Under the pieces are notes generated by a model. That model was not told the origin of the DNA, made no database searches, and saw only the letters and a program-made list of their open reading frames with translations. From Hyphomicrobiales bacterium (GTDB lineage Bacteria > Pseudomonadota > Alphaproteobacteria > Rhizobiales > Methyloligellaceae), in the NCBI GenBank assembly GCA_028280515.1, contig JANQLP010000162.1, positions 58,092 through 90,091 on the forward strand: a DNA stretch of 32,000 bases. The letters are read 5' to 3'. Position numbers and translations under genes: made by a program. The first letter of the stretch is position 1; each line of letters starts with the position of its first letter. Below, piece after piece: positions 1-9,653 of this stretch.

Positions 1-2
1 GA

Positions 3-950
3 GATCTCGGTTTCGATGGGGTGAGCGGCACGAGCGCAGGCGCCGTCAATGCCGTCGCGCTGGCCGCCGGGCTGATGGACGGTGGGACGGACGGCGCACG
101 CGAATGTCTGCACGACATCTGGAGTGCCATCAGCCGCGCCGGCGCGCCGACGTCCCACCCCGGCTCTCCTCTTGCCTATTCCGCAACCGCCAAGCTGTCC
201 GGCGCGCTCATGCAGCGCAGTCTCGAGCGCATCGGCGGCGGATGGTCGCCATACGACGTCAATCCGCTCAACCTCAACCCGCTGCGCGACATATTGCTCG
301 CCAGGATCGACTTCGAAAAACTGCAGCGCGAGTCCCCAATTACCCTGTTCATCGCGGCTACCGAAGTTGCGTCAGGCCGGGGCCGTGTGTTTCGAACACA
401 GGAGATCAGCGCGGATTCGGTCGTGGCATCTGCCTGTTTGCCCAACCTGTTTCCAGCGGTCCGCATCGGCCGCTTCTATTATTGGGACGGCGCCTTCTCG
501 GCAAACCCGGACCTTCTCACGCTGATATCCGAAACCAGGAGCGACGACACGCTGCTTGTTCAGATCAGTCCCGACCGCGATCCGGACCTGCCGTCCAACC
601 GCGAGGAAATCTCCGGAAATATTGGCCGCCTGACCTTCAATCATCCTTTGCGGACGCAGGTCCAACAGATCGAGGTCTGCCGGCGCGTTCCGCGCATCCC
701 GTTGCTGACCGACAATGCGGTCAGCCGCATAGGCCGCCATCGCTTTCATCTGATCGATGGCAGTCCGCATACGCTCAAGCTGTCGCGGGACACGAAACAC
801 AGGCCGGACTGGCACATGATCGAAGGTTTGCGCGACGTCGGGCGCCAGACCACCATCGAATGGTGCGAAACCCATCTGGCCCGCGTCGGCAAACGGCCCA
901 CCGCGGACCTCTACGGAAAGTACTTCTCCGACAGGGTGCCGTTCGACTGA
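3..950 (+). CDS. patatin-like phospholipase (5' end cut by window edge)
   Basis: The frame is open from the window edge. The first codons read DLGFDGVSGTSAGAVNA, containing the patatin G-x-S-x-G nucleophile elbow (GTSAG). A later 'YWDGAFSANP' fits the catalytic D-G-A/G motif. Stop at 948-950. Confidence 0.8.
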   Translation, partial: DLGFDGVSGTSAGAVNAVALAAGLMDGGTDGARECLHDIWSAISRAGAPTSHPGSPLAYSATAKLSGALMQRSLERIGGGWSPYDVNPLNLNPLRDILLARIDFEKLQRESPITLFIAATEVASGRGRVFRTQEISADSVVASACLPNLFPAVRIGRFYYWDGAFSANPDLLTLISETRSDDTLLVQISPDRDPDLPSNREEISGNIGRLTFNHPLRTQVQQIEVCRRVPRIPLLTDNAVSRIGRHRFHLIDGSPHTLKLSRDTKHRPDWHMIEGLRDVGRQTTIEWCETHLARVGKRPTADLYGKYFSDRVPFD

Positions 951-983
951 GCCTTGCAGAAGGCCCAAGGCTGAGCCGGAAAA

Positions 984-1691
984 TCACCACGGGATGTCGG
1001 AACCGTCATAGGCAACGAATGCTCCTTCAGCCGAGGGTTCCGCGCGGTTCATCACGTCAAGCAACATTTGCGCAGAATACTCCGCCTCGAACCGCTCGCG
1101 GTCGGCGGCGAACGGCTCCGAGAGCCGCGTTTTCACCGTTCCCGGATGCAGCGCAAGGCAGATGGCATCTGGGCGCTTGCGGGAAATCTCGATGGCGGCG
1201 GTCCTCAGGAACATGTTGAGGGCCGCCTTGGAAGCGCGATAGCCGTACCATCCACCAAGGCGGTTGTCGGCGATGCTCCCGACGCGCGCCGAAATGGTCG
1301 CGAAGACACTGCGTCCCTTACGCGGCAACAGGTGGTGAAAGTGCTTCAGCAAAAGCAACGGCCCCGTTGCATTGATGGCGAAGGCGCGCGCGATCACCTC
1401 CGGATCGACCTGGCCGATTGATTTTTCCGGGCGCATCGCTGGATCGTGCAGGATGCCGGTGGCGTCGACGATCAGATGCACGTCGCCCCGGGCGGCAAGT
1501 GAGGCGGCGGCGCGTTCGATGGAGGCTTCATCCTCGAGATCCAGCGGCGGACGGGACGACCGGCTCAACCGGACTACGTGACCGCATCGCGGGTCGCGCT
1601 CGAGAAGCGCGACAAATGCACTCCCCAGGCCGCCTGTGCTGCCGACCACAATCGCTGTAAAGCCTTTCGGGAAAGCGGAAAGCTCGTTCAT
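984..1691 (-). CDS. short-chain dehydrogenase/reductase (SDR)
   Basis: Internal ATG at 1691 (MNELSAFPKGFTAIVVGSTGGLGSAF) gives 235 aa. It has the Rossmann TGxxxGxG-like motif and the 'YRASKAALN' YxxxK catalytic motif. The longer 444-aa ORF extension runs antisense into ubiG and is rejected. Confidence 0.8.
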   Translation of the reverse strand: MNELSAFPKGFTAIVVGSTGGLGSAFVALLERDPRCGHVVRLSRSSRPPLDLEDEASIERAAASLAARGDVHLIVDATGILHDPAMRPEKSIGQVDPEVIARAFAINATGPLLLLKHFHHLLPRKGRSVFATISARVGSIADNRLGGWYGYRASKAALNMFLRTAAIEISRKRPDAICLALHPGTVKTRLSEPFAADRERFEAEYSAQMLLDVMNRAEPSAEGAFVAYDGSDIPW

Positions 1692-1832
1692 ATTGTTGAA
1701 ATCGCCCTGCAATTCGCTGCAACCGGGTACGGTCCCGGTCTGTCTGCGGATCATCCGACCACCGCCAGCGGGTTGATCCGGCCTGCCATCGATGCCGTAA
1801 CTACGCTGTGCGCAAATGACCAGAGGCTCCAA

Positions 1833-2612
1833 GTGCTCCGCAAGGACATTCTGAAATCCTTCTCCCTCGACCGCTCGACGGCGAGCGAGGAAGAAATCGC
1901 GAGCTTTACGCGGCTTGCGCAGGAATGGTGGCGGCCCGACGGCGCGTTCAAGGTCGTGCACAGGTTCAATGAAGCCCGCCTTGACTATCTGATGGCGCTT
2001 TTGCCGAAGGCATTTCAGCTTCCGGATAACACAAACCGTCCACTTGACGGTCTCCGCATCGTCGACGTCGGGTGTGGCGCGGGCCTCGCGGCCGAGCCCC
2101 TGGCCCTTGCCGGCGCGCGGGTCGTCGGCATCGATCCCGTCGAACGCAACATCGAGATCGCCCGGCATCATCTGGCGGAGTCCGGCGCGCGCGTCGACTA
2201 TCGGCATATGCTGCCTGAAGACCTCGCCCGAACCGGCGAGACGTTCGACGTGGTGCTGTCGCTGGAGGTGGTCGAACACGTGGCGGACGTTCCGCTGTTC
2301 CTCGCCTCCTGCGCGCAACTCGTGGCACCCGGCGGCCTGCTGGTGCTGGCCACATTGAACCGGACGCTCAGATCATTTGTGTTCGCGATCGTCGGCGCGG
2401 AGTATGTGCTCCGTCTCCTGCCGCGCGGGACGCATGACTGGCGCAAGTTCATTTCGCCAATGGAATTGCTCCGGCAACTCGAACCACACGGCCTGCAGGA
2501 ATACGAGCGAACCGGCATGACGTTCAATCCGCTGCGCCGGACGTTCCGGTGCACGCGGGATGTCAGCGTCAACTACGTCCAGGTCTTCCGGCGCCCTTCG
2601 ATGGACGCGTGA
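1833..2612 (+). CDS. ubiG: ubiquinone biosynthesis O-methyltransferase (3-demethylubiquinol 3-O-methyltransferase)
   Basis: 'FTRLAQEWWRPDGAFKVVHRFNEARLDYL', SAM motif 'VDVGCGAGL' and 'FDVVLSLEVVEHV' are typical of UbiG. The start is uncertain; GTG 1833 is preceded by AGAGG 6 nt upstream. The stop is firm. Confidence 0.8.
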   Translation: MLRKDILKSFSLDRSTASEEEIASFTRLAQEWWRPDGAFKVVHRFNEARLDYLMALLPKAFQLPDNTNRPLDGLRIVDVGCGAGLAAEPLALAGARVVGIDPVERNIEIARHHLAESGARVDYRHMLPEDLARTGETFDVVLSLEVVEHVADVPLFLASCAQLVAPGGLLVLATLNRTLRSFVFAIVGAEYVLRLLPRGTHDWRKFISPMELLRQLEPHGLQEYERTGMTFNPLRRTFRCTRDVSVNYVQVFRRPSMDA

Positions 2613-2665
2613 GCGTTTCATCAAACATATAGCCTACAGGGCATTCTTGATCTGGCGGATGCCCG

Positions 2666-3283
2666 CTACACCTTGTCGGAGACGCGCGTCGCGTGCGGTT
2701 TCATCTCAAGGCAGATCTTGATCAAATCACGGATCAGCGGTGCATTCGTGGTTATCGGCGTCGAGAACCACCCGGCGAGGTTTCCATTTGGCGCAATGAG
2801 GTACTTGTAGAAGTTCCATCTGGGCACCGCATTCTGGCCGGCAACCACCCGTATTTGCCGGAAAAACGGATGCATGGCCTCTCCCTTGATTGAAACCTTT
2901 GCCGTCACCGGAAACGTCAGTTTGAGTTGTGATCGGTAGGCTTCATAGACGGTTTGATCGTCACAAGGCTCCTGATTGCCGAAATCGTTCGAAGGAACCG
3001 CGAGGACGACCAGCCCTTTACGTTGCAGATCGTCATAAAGGGATTGCAAATCCGCGAACTGGCTCTTGAACCCGCATCTCGACGCGGTGTTCACCACAAG
3101 CACCGTCTTGCCTGTCAGGCTCGACAACGCAAGCGGTTCGCCGGAGATTTGCGCGAAGGAAATATTGTTCACGCGATTGCCGACTGAAGCCGGATCGAGG
3201 ATCGCGTGCTTGGGTGCGAAGAGCAGCGACAAGGCCGAGAGAAGAGAACCCGCCATTCCGTTTTGCTTCTGCAGGTCGGCCAC
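2666..3283 (-). CDS. glutathione peroxidase family protein (Cys-type), probable signal peptide
   Basis: 'VNTASRCGF', 'PSNDFGNQEP' and 'WNFYKYLI' are the three Gpx signature blocks. The start is ambiguous (GTG 3283 or ATG 3256). Confidence 0.8.
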   Translation of the reverse strand: MADLQKQNGMAGSLLSALSLLFAPKHAILDPASVGNRVNNISFAQISGEPLALSSLTGKTVLVVNTASRCGFKSQFADLQSLYDDLQRKGLVVLAVPSNDFGNQEPCDDQTVYEAYRSQLKLTFPVTAKVSIKGEAMHPFFRQIRVVAGQNAVPRWNFYKYLIAPNGNLAGWFSTPITTNAPLIRDLIKICLEMKPHATRVSDKV

Positions 3284-3515
3284 TTTCGCGGCGCGCCCCT
3301 TTCATAGTCCTTTCAACAAACCTCAGCCCGTCGACCCCGACATTTCCGTTCAATTGTGGCGAAACACCTGTCACACCGTCAACCAATCGCACGTTCAGGG
3401 CGGCTCCTCAGATAAATTCGTCGTGTAAGCCGCGTGTGATCCGCATGGTTGATGGCCGCGTAAGCAAAAGGCGTGTGCGGCCCTCCCCCCTCCCGCCGTA
3501 CCGCACTCAGGGGAT

Positions 3516-3552
3516 CGGCCGGCATCTGTGGCGGATGCTCGGCCGGTTTTCC
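3516..3552 (+). terminator. intrinsic-terminator-like hairpin with no upstream + strand gene
   Basis: CGGCCGGCATC / GATGC(T)CGGCCG stem (11 bp, one bulge) with a 7-nt loop, followed by GTTTTCCCTT. It lies about 100 nt upstream of the racemase-family start. Confidence 0.4.
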
Positions 3553-3655
3553 CTTCCGGCCCGCCCGAGTGCACCGTTTCTCGATCATACGCCTCCCTCT
3601 TGCGCAAACCTCGCCCATTCCTTAGGGCTTCAGCCTGACCCGCGGAGTGAGCGAC

Positions 3656-4333
3656 ATGCATATCGGTCTGATTGGCGGCATCGGCCCCGCCGCAACTGAA
3701 TTCTATTACCGCGGCCTCGCCCGCGCCCATGCGTCCGCGGGAGAACGCATGGACCTGACGATTGTCCATGCGGACGTCCGCGACCTCTTGCGCAATGCGG
3801 CGAGCGGTGCGAAGCGGGCGCAAGCCGAGATCTATCTCGGGTTCGCCAAGCGGCTTCAGGCGGCCGGTGCGCAAGCCGTTGCCGTCACGTCCATGGGCGG
3901 GCACTTCTGCATTGAAGAACTGGAAGAGGTTTCGCCTCTGCCGGTCATCAACGCCATACCCGCGCTCGACGGCCATCTGGCACAATCAGGCGTGAGGCGC
4001 GCCGGGCTCATCGGCACGCGCTATGTCATGGAGACAGGCGTCTATGGCGGGGTCTCGGCAGCCGAGTTCGTTCTGCCGCAGGGCGACGACCTGGAGCGCG
4101 TTCACAACACTTACATCGCCATTGCATCGTCAGCGTCCGTAAACCAAGCACAACGCGCCTATCTGTTCGAGGTAGGTGAAGCCCTCTGTCGTGAGCATGG
4201 CGCAGAAACGGTCATTCTCGGCGGTACCGATCTGTTTCTCGCCTTCGAAGGCCAGAACTGCGGGTTCCCGGTCATTGACGTAGCGGAAGTTCATATCGCC
4301 GCGCTCTATCGCGCATCGGTTGGGGCCAGATAA
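3656..4333 (+). CDS. aspartate/glutamate/hydantoin racemase family protein
   Basis: 'MHIGLIGGIGPAAT' is the family N-terminal motif. GGAG lies 8 nt upstream of ATG 3656; the track ORF starts at GTG 3647. Both canonical Cys positions appear substituted (see findings). Confidence 0.75.
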   Translation: MHIGLIGGIGPAATEFYYRGLARAHASAGERMDLTIVHADVRDLLRNAASGAKRAQAEIYLGFAKRLQAAGAQAVAVTSMGGHFCIEELEEVSPLPVINAIPALDGHLAQSGVRRAGLIGTRYVMETGVYGGVSAAEFVLPQGDDLERVHNTYIAIASSASVNQAQRAYLFEVGEALCREHGAETVILGGTDLFLAFEGQNCGFPVIDVAEVHIAALYRASVGAR

Positions 4334-4343
4334 CCAGCGCCGC

Positions 4344-5024
4344 TCAGGTCTGCTGGTTCGCCAATGCCTCCAGGACCGCGTTGGTGGATGCCCTGACATG
4401 CTCTTTCAGATACCGCCGCGCGGCCTGCATCTGCCCGCCACACATCAGACCCAACAGCTCCCGATGCTCGTCGAGTGACGTCTCGGCGTGCCGGCTGTGC
4501 CTCCACATGAACCCGAGATACCGCACATAGCGTTGGCGCAACTGTTGCACGATGTGAAGTGTGATCGGACGTCCGGCTGGACTGTAGATGGCATTGTGAA
4601 ATGCCTCATCGGCTTCAAGACGCGCAGGCACGTCGTTGGCCTGTATCGTGAGAGCAATGGCCGCTTCGGCACGCCGGCGATCCGTCGGACCGAAATTCCG
4701 AGTGGCCGCCGCCACCAAGTCGGGTTCCAGCTGCAGGCGCAGGCGCGCCGTTTCCGCCGCTTCCGCCTTTTCCAGCAATGGCACGCGCACGCCGCAGTTC
4801 ACCTGATAGGTGACGAGCTCTTCCGACGCGAGCTGACGCAGGGCTTCGCGCACCGGCGCCTGGCTGACGTTGAAGCGCTGGGCGATATGGTCCTGCCTGA
4901 GGGGTTCGCCGGGCGCGAGGACGGCGGAAAGAATGTCCTTGCGCAGTTGTGCCGCGATCTGTTCGGCGATGGACCGGCGCGGCTCCGTGCGCAGGCCGTC
5001 TGTTTCAGTCACACCTGGTGTCAT
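4344..5024 (-). CDS. GntR-family transcriptional regulator (FCD/FadR-type C-terminal domain)
   Basis: Internal ATG 5024 (MTPGVTETDG...) gives 226 aa. The winged HTH reads 'LRQDHIAQRFNVSQAPVREALRQLASEELV', followed by a helical C-terminal domain. The longer 457-aa ORF is antisense to the HAD gene. Confidence 0.85.
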   Translation of the reverse strand: MTPGVTETDGLRTEPRRSIAEQIAAQLRKDILSAVLAPGEPLRQDHIAQRFNVSQAPVREALRQLASEELVTYQVNCGVRVPLLEKAEAAETARLRLQLEPDLVAAATRNFGPTDRRRAEAAIALTIQANDVPARLEADEAFHNAIYSPAGRPITLHIVQQLRQRYVRYLGFMWRHSRHAETSLDEHRELLGLMCGGQMQAARRYLKEHVRASTNAVLEALANQQT

Positions 5025-5054
5025 TGTCCTTGACCGATATCGTTTGAGTTCAAT

Positions 5055-5073
5055 ATTATCGATTATCGATAAT
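5055..5073. promoter_or_regulatory. AT-rich palindrome / tandem repeat in the GntR-HAD divergent promoter (candidate operator)
   Basis: ATTATCGATTATCGATAAT contains the perfect 12-bp palindrome ATTATCGATAAT (5062-5073) and a tandem TTATCGA TTATCGA. It sits between divergent starts at 5024 and 5094. Confidence 0.45.
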
Positions 5074-5093
5074 TTCTCACACACGAGTCTCTG

Positions 5094-5798
5094 ATGCAAG
5101 CGCAGGACTATGACGCCATCACCTTCGATGTTTACGGCACCCTGATCGACTGGGAGCCGTCCATTCTCTCCGCACTGGACGCGTGGACGACGTCCAAAGG
5201 CACACAGGCTGACAAGGCTGCGCTGCTCGATGCGTTTGACCGCGCCCGCGCGCATTATCAGATGCTTGCCCCGGCACGTCCCTATCCGAAGATCCTGCGC
5301 TCGTCTTTCGCCTACATAGCCGATGAGCTCGATCTGGACGTGGATACAGACACACAGGCGCGGTTCGGAAGCTCTGTCGGCAACTGGGACCCCTATCCGG
5401 ACAGCGTCGCCGCACTGGCGGAGTTGCGCAAGCGCTTCGTCCTCGGTGCGCTGACGAACATGGACGATACTTCTTTCGCAAAGAGCCATGCCAAACTCGG
5501 CAACTGCTTCGAGGTTGTTGTCACCGCAGAGCGCGCCGGCGCCTACAAGCCCTCGCTTCGCCATTTCGTACTCGCACTCACCGATCTCGCAAAGCGGGAT
5601 ATCCCGCCCCAGCGCGTCCTCCACGTCGCCCAGAGCCTGCGCGCGGACGTCCGACCGGCCAACCTGCTCGGTCAGGATGTCGTATGGATCAACCGCGCGG
5701 GCCGTGGTTTGGGCCATGCGGGCTTCGGGGCGGAACTCGCCGAACCGATGGCCACATTTGCAACCATGGACGCGTTCGTAGTCTCACTCATGCAGTAG
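5094..5798 (+). CDS. HAD-superfamily hydrolase, haloacid dehalogenase type II-like
   Basis: Motif I reads 'ITFDVYGTLIDWE' (D-x-Y-G-T). 'GALTNMD' and 'AGAYKP' fit the HAD motifs and 2-haloacid dehalogenase family members. Confidence 0.75.
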   Translation: MQAQDYDAITFDVYGTLIDWEPSILSALDAWTTSKGTQADKAALLDAFDRARAHYQMLAPARPYPKILRSSFAYIADELDLDVDTDTQARFGSSVGNWDPYPDSVAALAELRKRFVLGALTNMDDTSFAKSHAKLGNCFEVVVTAERAGAYKPSLRHFVLALTDLAKRDIPPQRVLHVAQSLRADVRPANLLGQDVVWINRAGRGLGHAGFGAELAEPMATFATMDAFVVSLMQ

Positions 5799-5821
5799 AA
5801 CGTTTGCCGCCTGCCATATGA

Positions 5822-5846
5822 GGGCCGGGTACCAACACTCCGGCCC
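5822..5846 (+). terminator. hairpin downstream of the HAD gene
   Basis: GGGCCGG / CCGGCCC 7-bp GC stem with an 11-nt loop, 24 nt after the stop. The T-tract is weak. Confidence 0.35.
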
Positions 5847-5909
5847 TGTCCTTCGGATTGCGCAATCTCATCTCTGATTGTGGACTGAGTTATCCACATG
5901 TTCATGGAA

Positions 5910-5940
5910 CCGTCACGTTCCCGTCGTCCCCGTTTCACAC
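5910..5940 (+). promoter_or_regulatory. Pho-box-like element (three half sites with 11-bp phasing)
   Basis: cCGTCACgttcCCGTCGTccccGTTTCACac has a TCAC/TCGT/TCAC core recurring at 5913, 5924 and 5935. It lies about 70 bp upstream of the ptxA ATG. Confidence 0.4.
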
Positions 5941-6009
5941 AGCCTCATTAATTAACAAATCGAATTCGTTGGGATGCTTCATTGCATTCTGTAATCGATT
6001 GAGGCTGCA

Positions 6010-7676
<1,667 letters not shown>

Positions 7677-7709
7677 CGTGACCGTCTGTTTTTGAAAGAC
7701 GCACTACCT

Positions 7710-7743
7710 GGCGATGCCGGTTTGTCAGTCGTCCGGCATCGCC
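7710..7743 (+). other. intra-operon stem-loop between ptxB and ptxC
   Basis: Perfect 11-bp GC-rich stem GGCGATGCCGG / CCGGCATCGCC with a 12-nt loop and no T-tract. Confidence 0.6.
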
Positions 7744-7780
7744 GCACTCGTTCCAGGGCCGATGAGCGGCGAGGCAAACA

Positions 7781-8587
7781 ATGTCAGCAAGCAACGCAGC
7801 ATACGATGAGCTCCTGCGCAAGGAGCGCCAGACCTGGCTGAAGGCGTCTGTTCCGGGCGCCATTGTCATCCTTGCCATTGCGATCAGCGCAGGACTGACG
7901 GGTCTGCTGGATTTGAAAAGGCTCGGCCAGGGGCTGCCCGCCATCGGCGTGCTCGTCGGTGAAATGTTCCCGCCGGACTTTACGTCAGCCCGGGACTGGA
8001 TCAGGCCGATCTTCGACACCCTTGCCATGAGCATTGCCGGCACCGCGCTGGCCATCCTGCTGTCGCTGCCGCTGGGCTTCCTCGCCGCCAAGAACACGAC
8101 CCCGCACATCGCCATCTATCATGCGACCCGCGTCGTTCTGAATTTCCTGCGGTCGATCCCGGAGCTGATCATGGGCATCATTTTCGTCGCCGCCGTCGGG
8201 TTTGGGCCGCTGCCCGGTGTCTTGGCGCTCGGGCTGCACTCTGCGGGCATGGTCGGCAAGTTCTTCGCGGAATCCATCGAGCACGTGGACCCCAAACCGA
8301 TCGAAGCCGCCGTGGCTGCCGGCGCTACGCCGTTTCAGGTCGTCCAATACGCGATCATTCCGCAAGTTCTGCCCCAATTCGCGGACGTCACGATCTATCG
8401 CTGGGAATACAACTTCCGTGCATCGACGATCATGGGAATGGTCGGCGCCGGCGGAATCGGCCTTGAATTGATGTCGTCGCTCCGCCTCATGCAATATACC
8501 GAAGTCTCTGCCATCCTGATCACCATTCTCCTGATGGTGACCTGCGTCGATGCGATCGGCGCTACGATCAGAAAGGGCCTGAAGTAA
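7781..8587 (+). CDS. ptxC: phosphite/phosphonate ABC transporter permease (PhnE/PtxC family)
   Basis: 268 aa polytopic membrane protein between the PhnD-like and PtxD-like genes, with a PhnE-like length and hydrophobic profile. GAGG lies 6 nt upstream of the ATG. Confidence 0.8.
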   Translation: MSASNAAYDELLRKERQTWLKASVPGAIVILAIAISAGLTGLLDLKRLGQGLPAIGVLVGEMFPPDFTSARDWIRPIFDTLAMSIAGTALAILLSLPLGFLAAKNTTPHIAIYHATRVVLNFLRSIPELIMGIIFVAAVGFGPLPGVLALGLHSAGMVGKFFAESIEHVDPKPIEAAVAAGATPFQVVQYAIIPQVLPQFADVTIYRWEYNFRASTIMGMVGAGGIGLELMSSLRLMQYTEVSAILITILLMVTCVDAIGATIRKGLK

Positions 8588-8614
8588 CGCAGCGCGGTTC
8601 ACGGGCAAATCCAC

Positions 8615-9637
8615 ATGAAACCCAGAGTCCTCATAACCAATTGGGTCCATCCGGAGGTCGAGCATTTTCTCGCAGAACATTGCGCGGTAACTGCAAATCC
8701 GGACAGGGATGCTCCTTTCACGCGTGAACAAATTCTTGCTGAAGCGAGCGGCCTTGAAGCTCTTATGGCATTCATGCCCGACAGCGTGGACGACAGTCTG
8801 CTCGCAGGCCTGCCCGATTTACGTATCGTTTCTTGCGCCCTGAAAGGGTTTGACAATTTCGACGTCCACGCCTGCAGCCGGCGTGGTGTCTGGTTAACGA
8901 TTGTGCCTGACCTTCTGACCGACCCAACCGCCGAATTGGCAATCGGGCTCATGATATCGGTCGGCCGCAATATCGGCGCCGGCGACAGATTCATGCGAAC
9001 CGGAGGCTATGCGGGCTGGCGCGCACGCTTTTACGGCACCGGACTTGCGGAAAGCACGATCACGCTTGTCGGCATGGGCGCGGTCGGTCGCGCCATCGCC
9101 CGCAGGCTGACCGGGTTCGGTGCGCGCATCCTATATGTCGACCGAACCGCACTCGAGCCGGAGTTGGAAGCCGAACTGGGAGTTGAAAGGTCCTCCCTTG
9201 AAGAAGCGTTGCCGCTCAGCGATTTCGTGGTTCTGGCATTGCCTCTGACCGGTGTCTCAGAAGGTCTGTTTGACGGGGGCATGATCGCTCGTATGAAACC
9301 GGGAAGCTTCCTGATCAATCCGGGGCGCGGATCGCTCGTCATTGAAGAGTGCGTCGCCGATGCACTGGCGAGTGGTCATCTGGCGGGATACGCCGCGGAC
9401 GTATTCGAAATGGAAGACTGGGCGCGGACCGGAAGGCCGCAGCATGTGGCAGACCGGCTGCTCGACGATTCTGACCGAACGTGCCTGACCCCGCATATCG
9501 GGTCGGCGGTCGACACGGTCAGGCGCGACATCGCCATGGAGGCGGCCATTCACATAGTTCAGGCCATCGAGGGTCGCCGACCCGATGGCGCCGTAAACAA
9601 TATCGATCATTTCCAACAGGTGGCCGTTCAACAATAA
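8615..9637 (+). CDS. ptxD: NAD-dependent phosphite dehydrogenase
   Basis: Full-length resemblance to my recollection of Pseudomonas stutzeri PtxD. Shared blocks: 'ALMAFMPDSVD', 'CALKGFDNFDV', 'RGVWLTIVPDLLTDPTAELAIGL', 'FYGTGL', GxGxxG 'GMGAVG', 'NPGRGS', 'GYAADVFEMEDWAR' and 'TPHIGSAV' (Arg/Glu/His catalytic triad positions). Confidence 0.85.
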   Translation: MKPRVLITNWVHPEVEHFLAEHCAVTANPDRDAPFTREQILAEASGLEALMAFMPDSVDDSLLAGLPDLRIVSCALKGFDNFDVHACSRRGVWLTIVPDLLTDPTAELAIGLMISVGRNIGAGDRFMRTGGYAGWRARFYGTGLAESTITLVGMGAVGRAIARRLTGFGARILYVDRTALEPELEAELGVERSSLEEALPLSDFVVLALPLTGVSEGLFDGGMIARMKPGSFLINPGRGSLVIEECVADALASGHLAGYAADVFEMEDWARTGRPQHVADRLLDDSDRTCLTPHIGSAVDTVRRDIAMEAAIHIVQAIEGRRPDGAVNNIDHFQQVAVQQ

Positions 9638-9653
9638 CCGCTGGTCCTCAATC

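Noticed and set aside
104-1219. 371-aa + strand ORF (Arg-rich)
   Set aside because: It is an alternate frame of the patatin gene and runs on into the convergent SDR gene. Its extreme Arg/Pro/Ala bias is typical of an off-frame GC-rich translation.
1692-2318. N-terminal extension of the SDR ORF (984-2318, 444 aa)
   Set aside because: The extension is antisense to ubiG and lacks any SDR similarity. The SDR Rossmann motif starts right after the internal ATG at 1691.
3395-3985. 196-aa minus-strand ORF, plus 3214-3699 + ORF
   Set aside because: The first is antisense to the racemase-family gene. The second runs through the intergenic leader and out of frame into the racemase-family gene. Neither has an RBS or motifs.
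5025-5717. N-terminal extension of the GntR ORF (4344-5717, 457 aa)
   Set aside because: It is antisense to the HAD hydrolase gene. The GntR wHTH begins about 25 residues after the internal ATG 5024, giving a normal 226-aa regulator.
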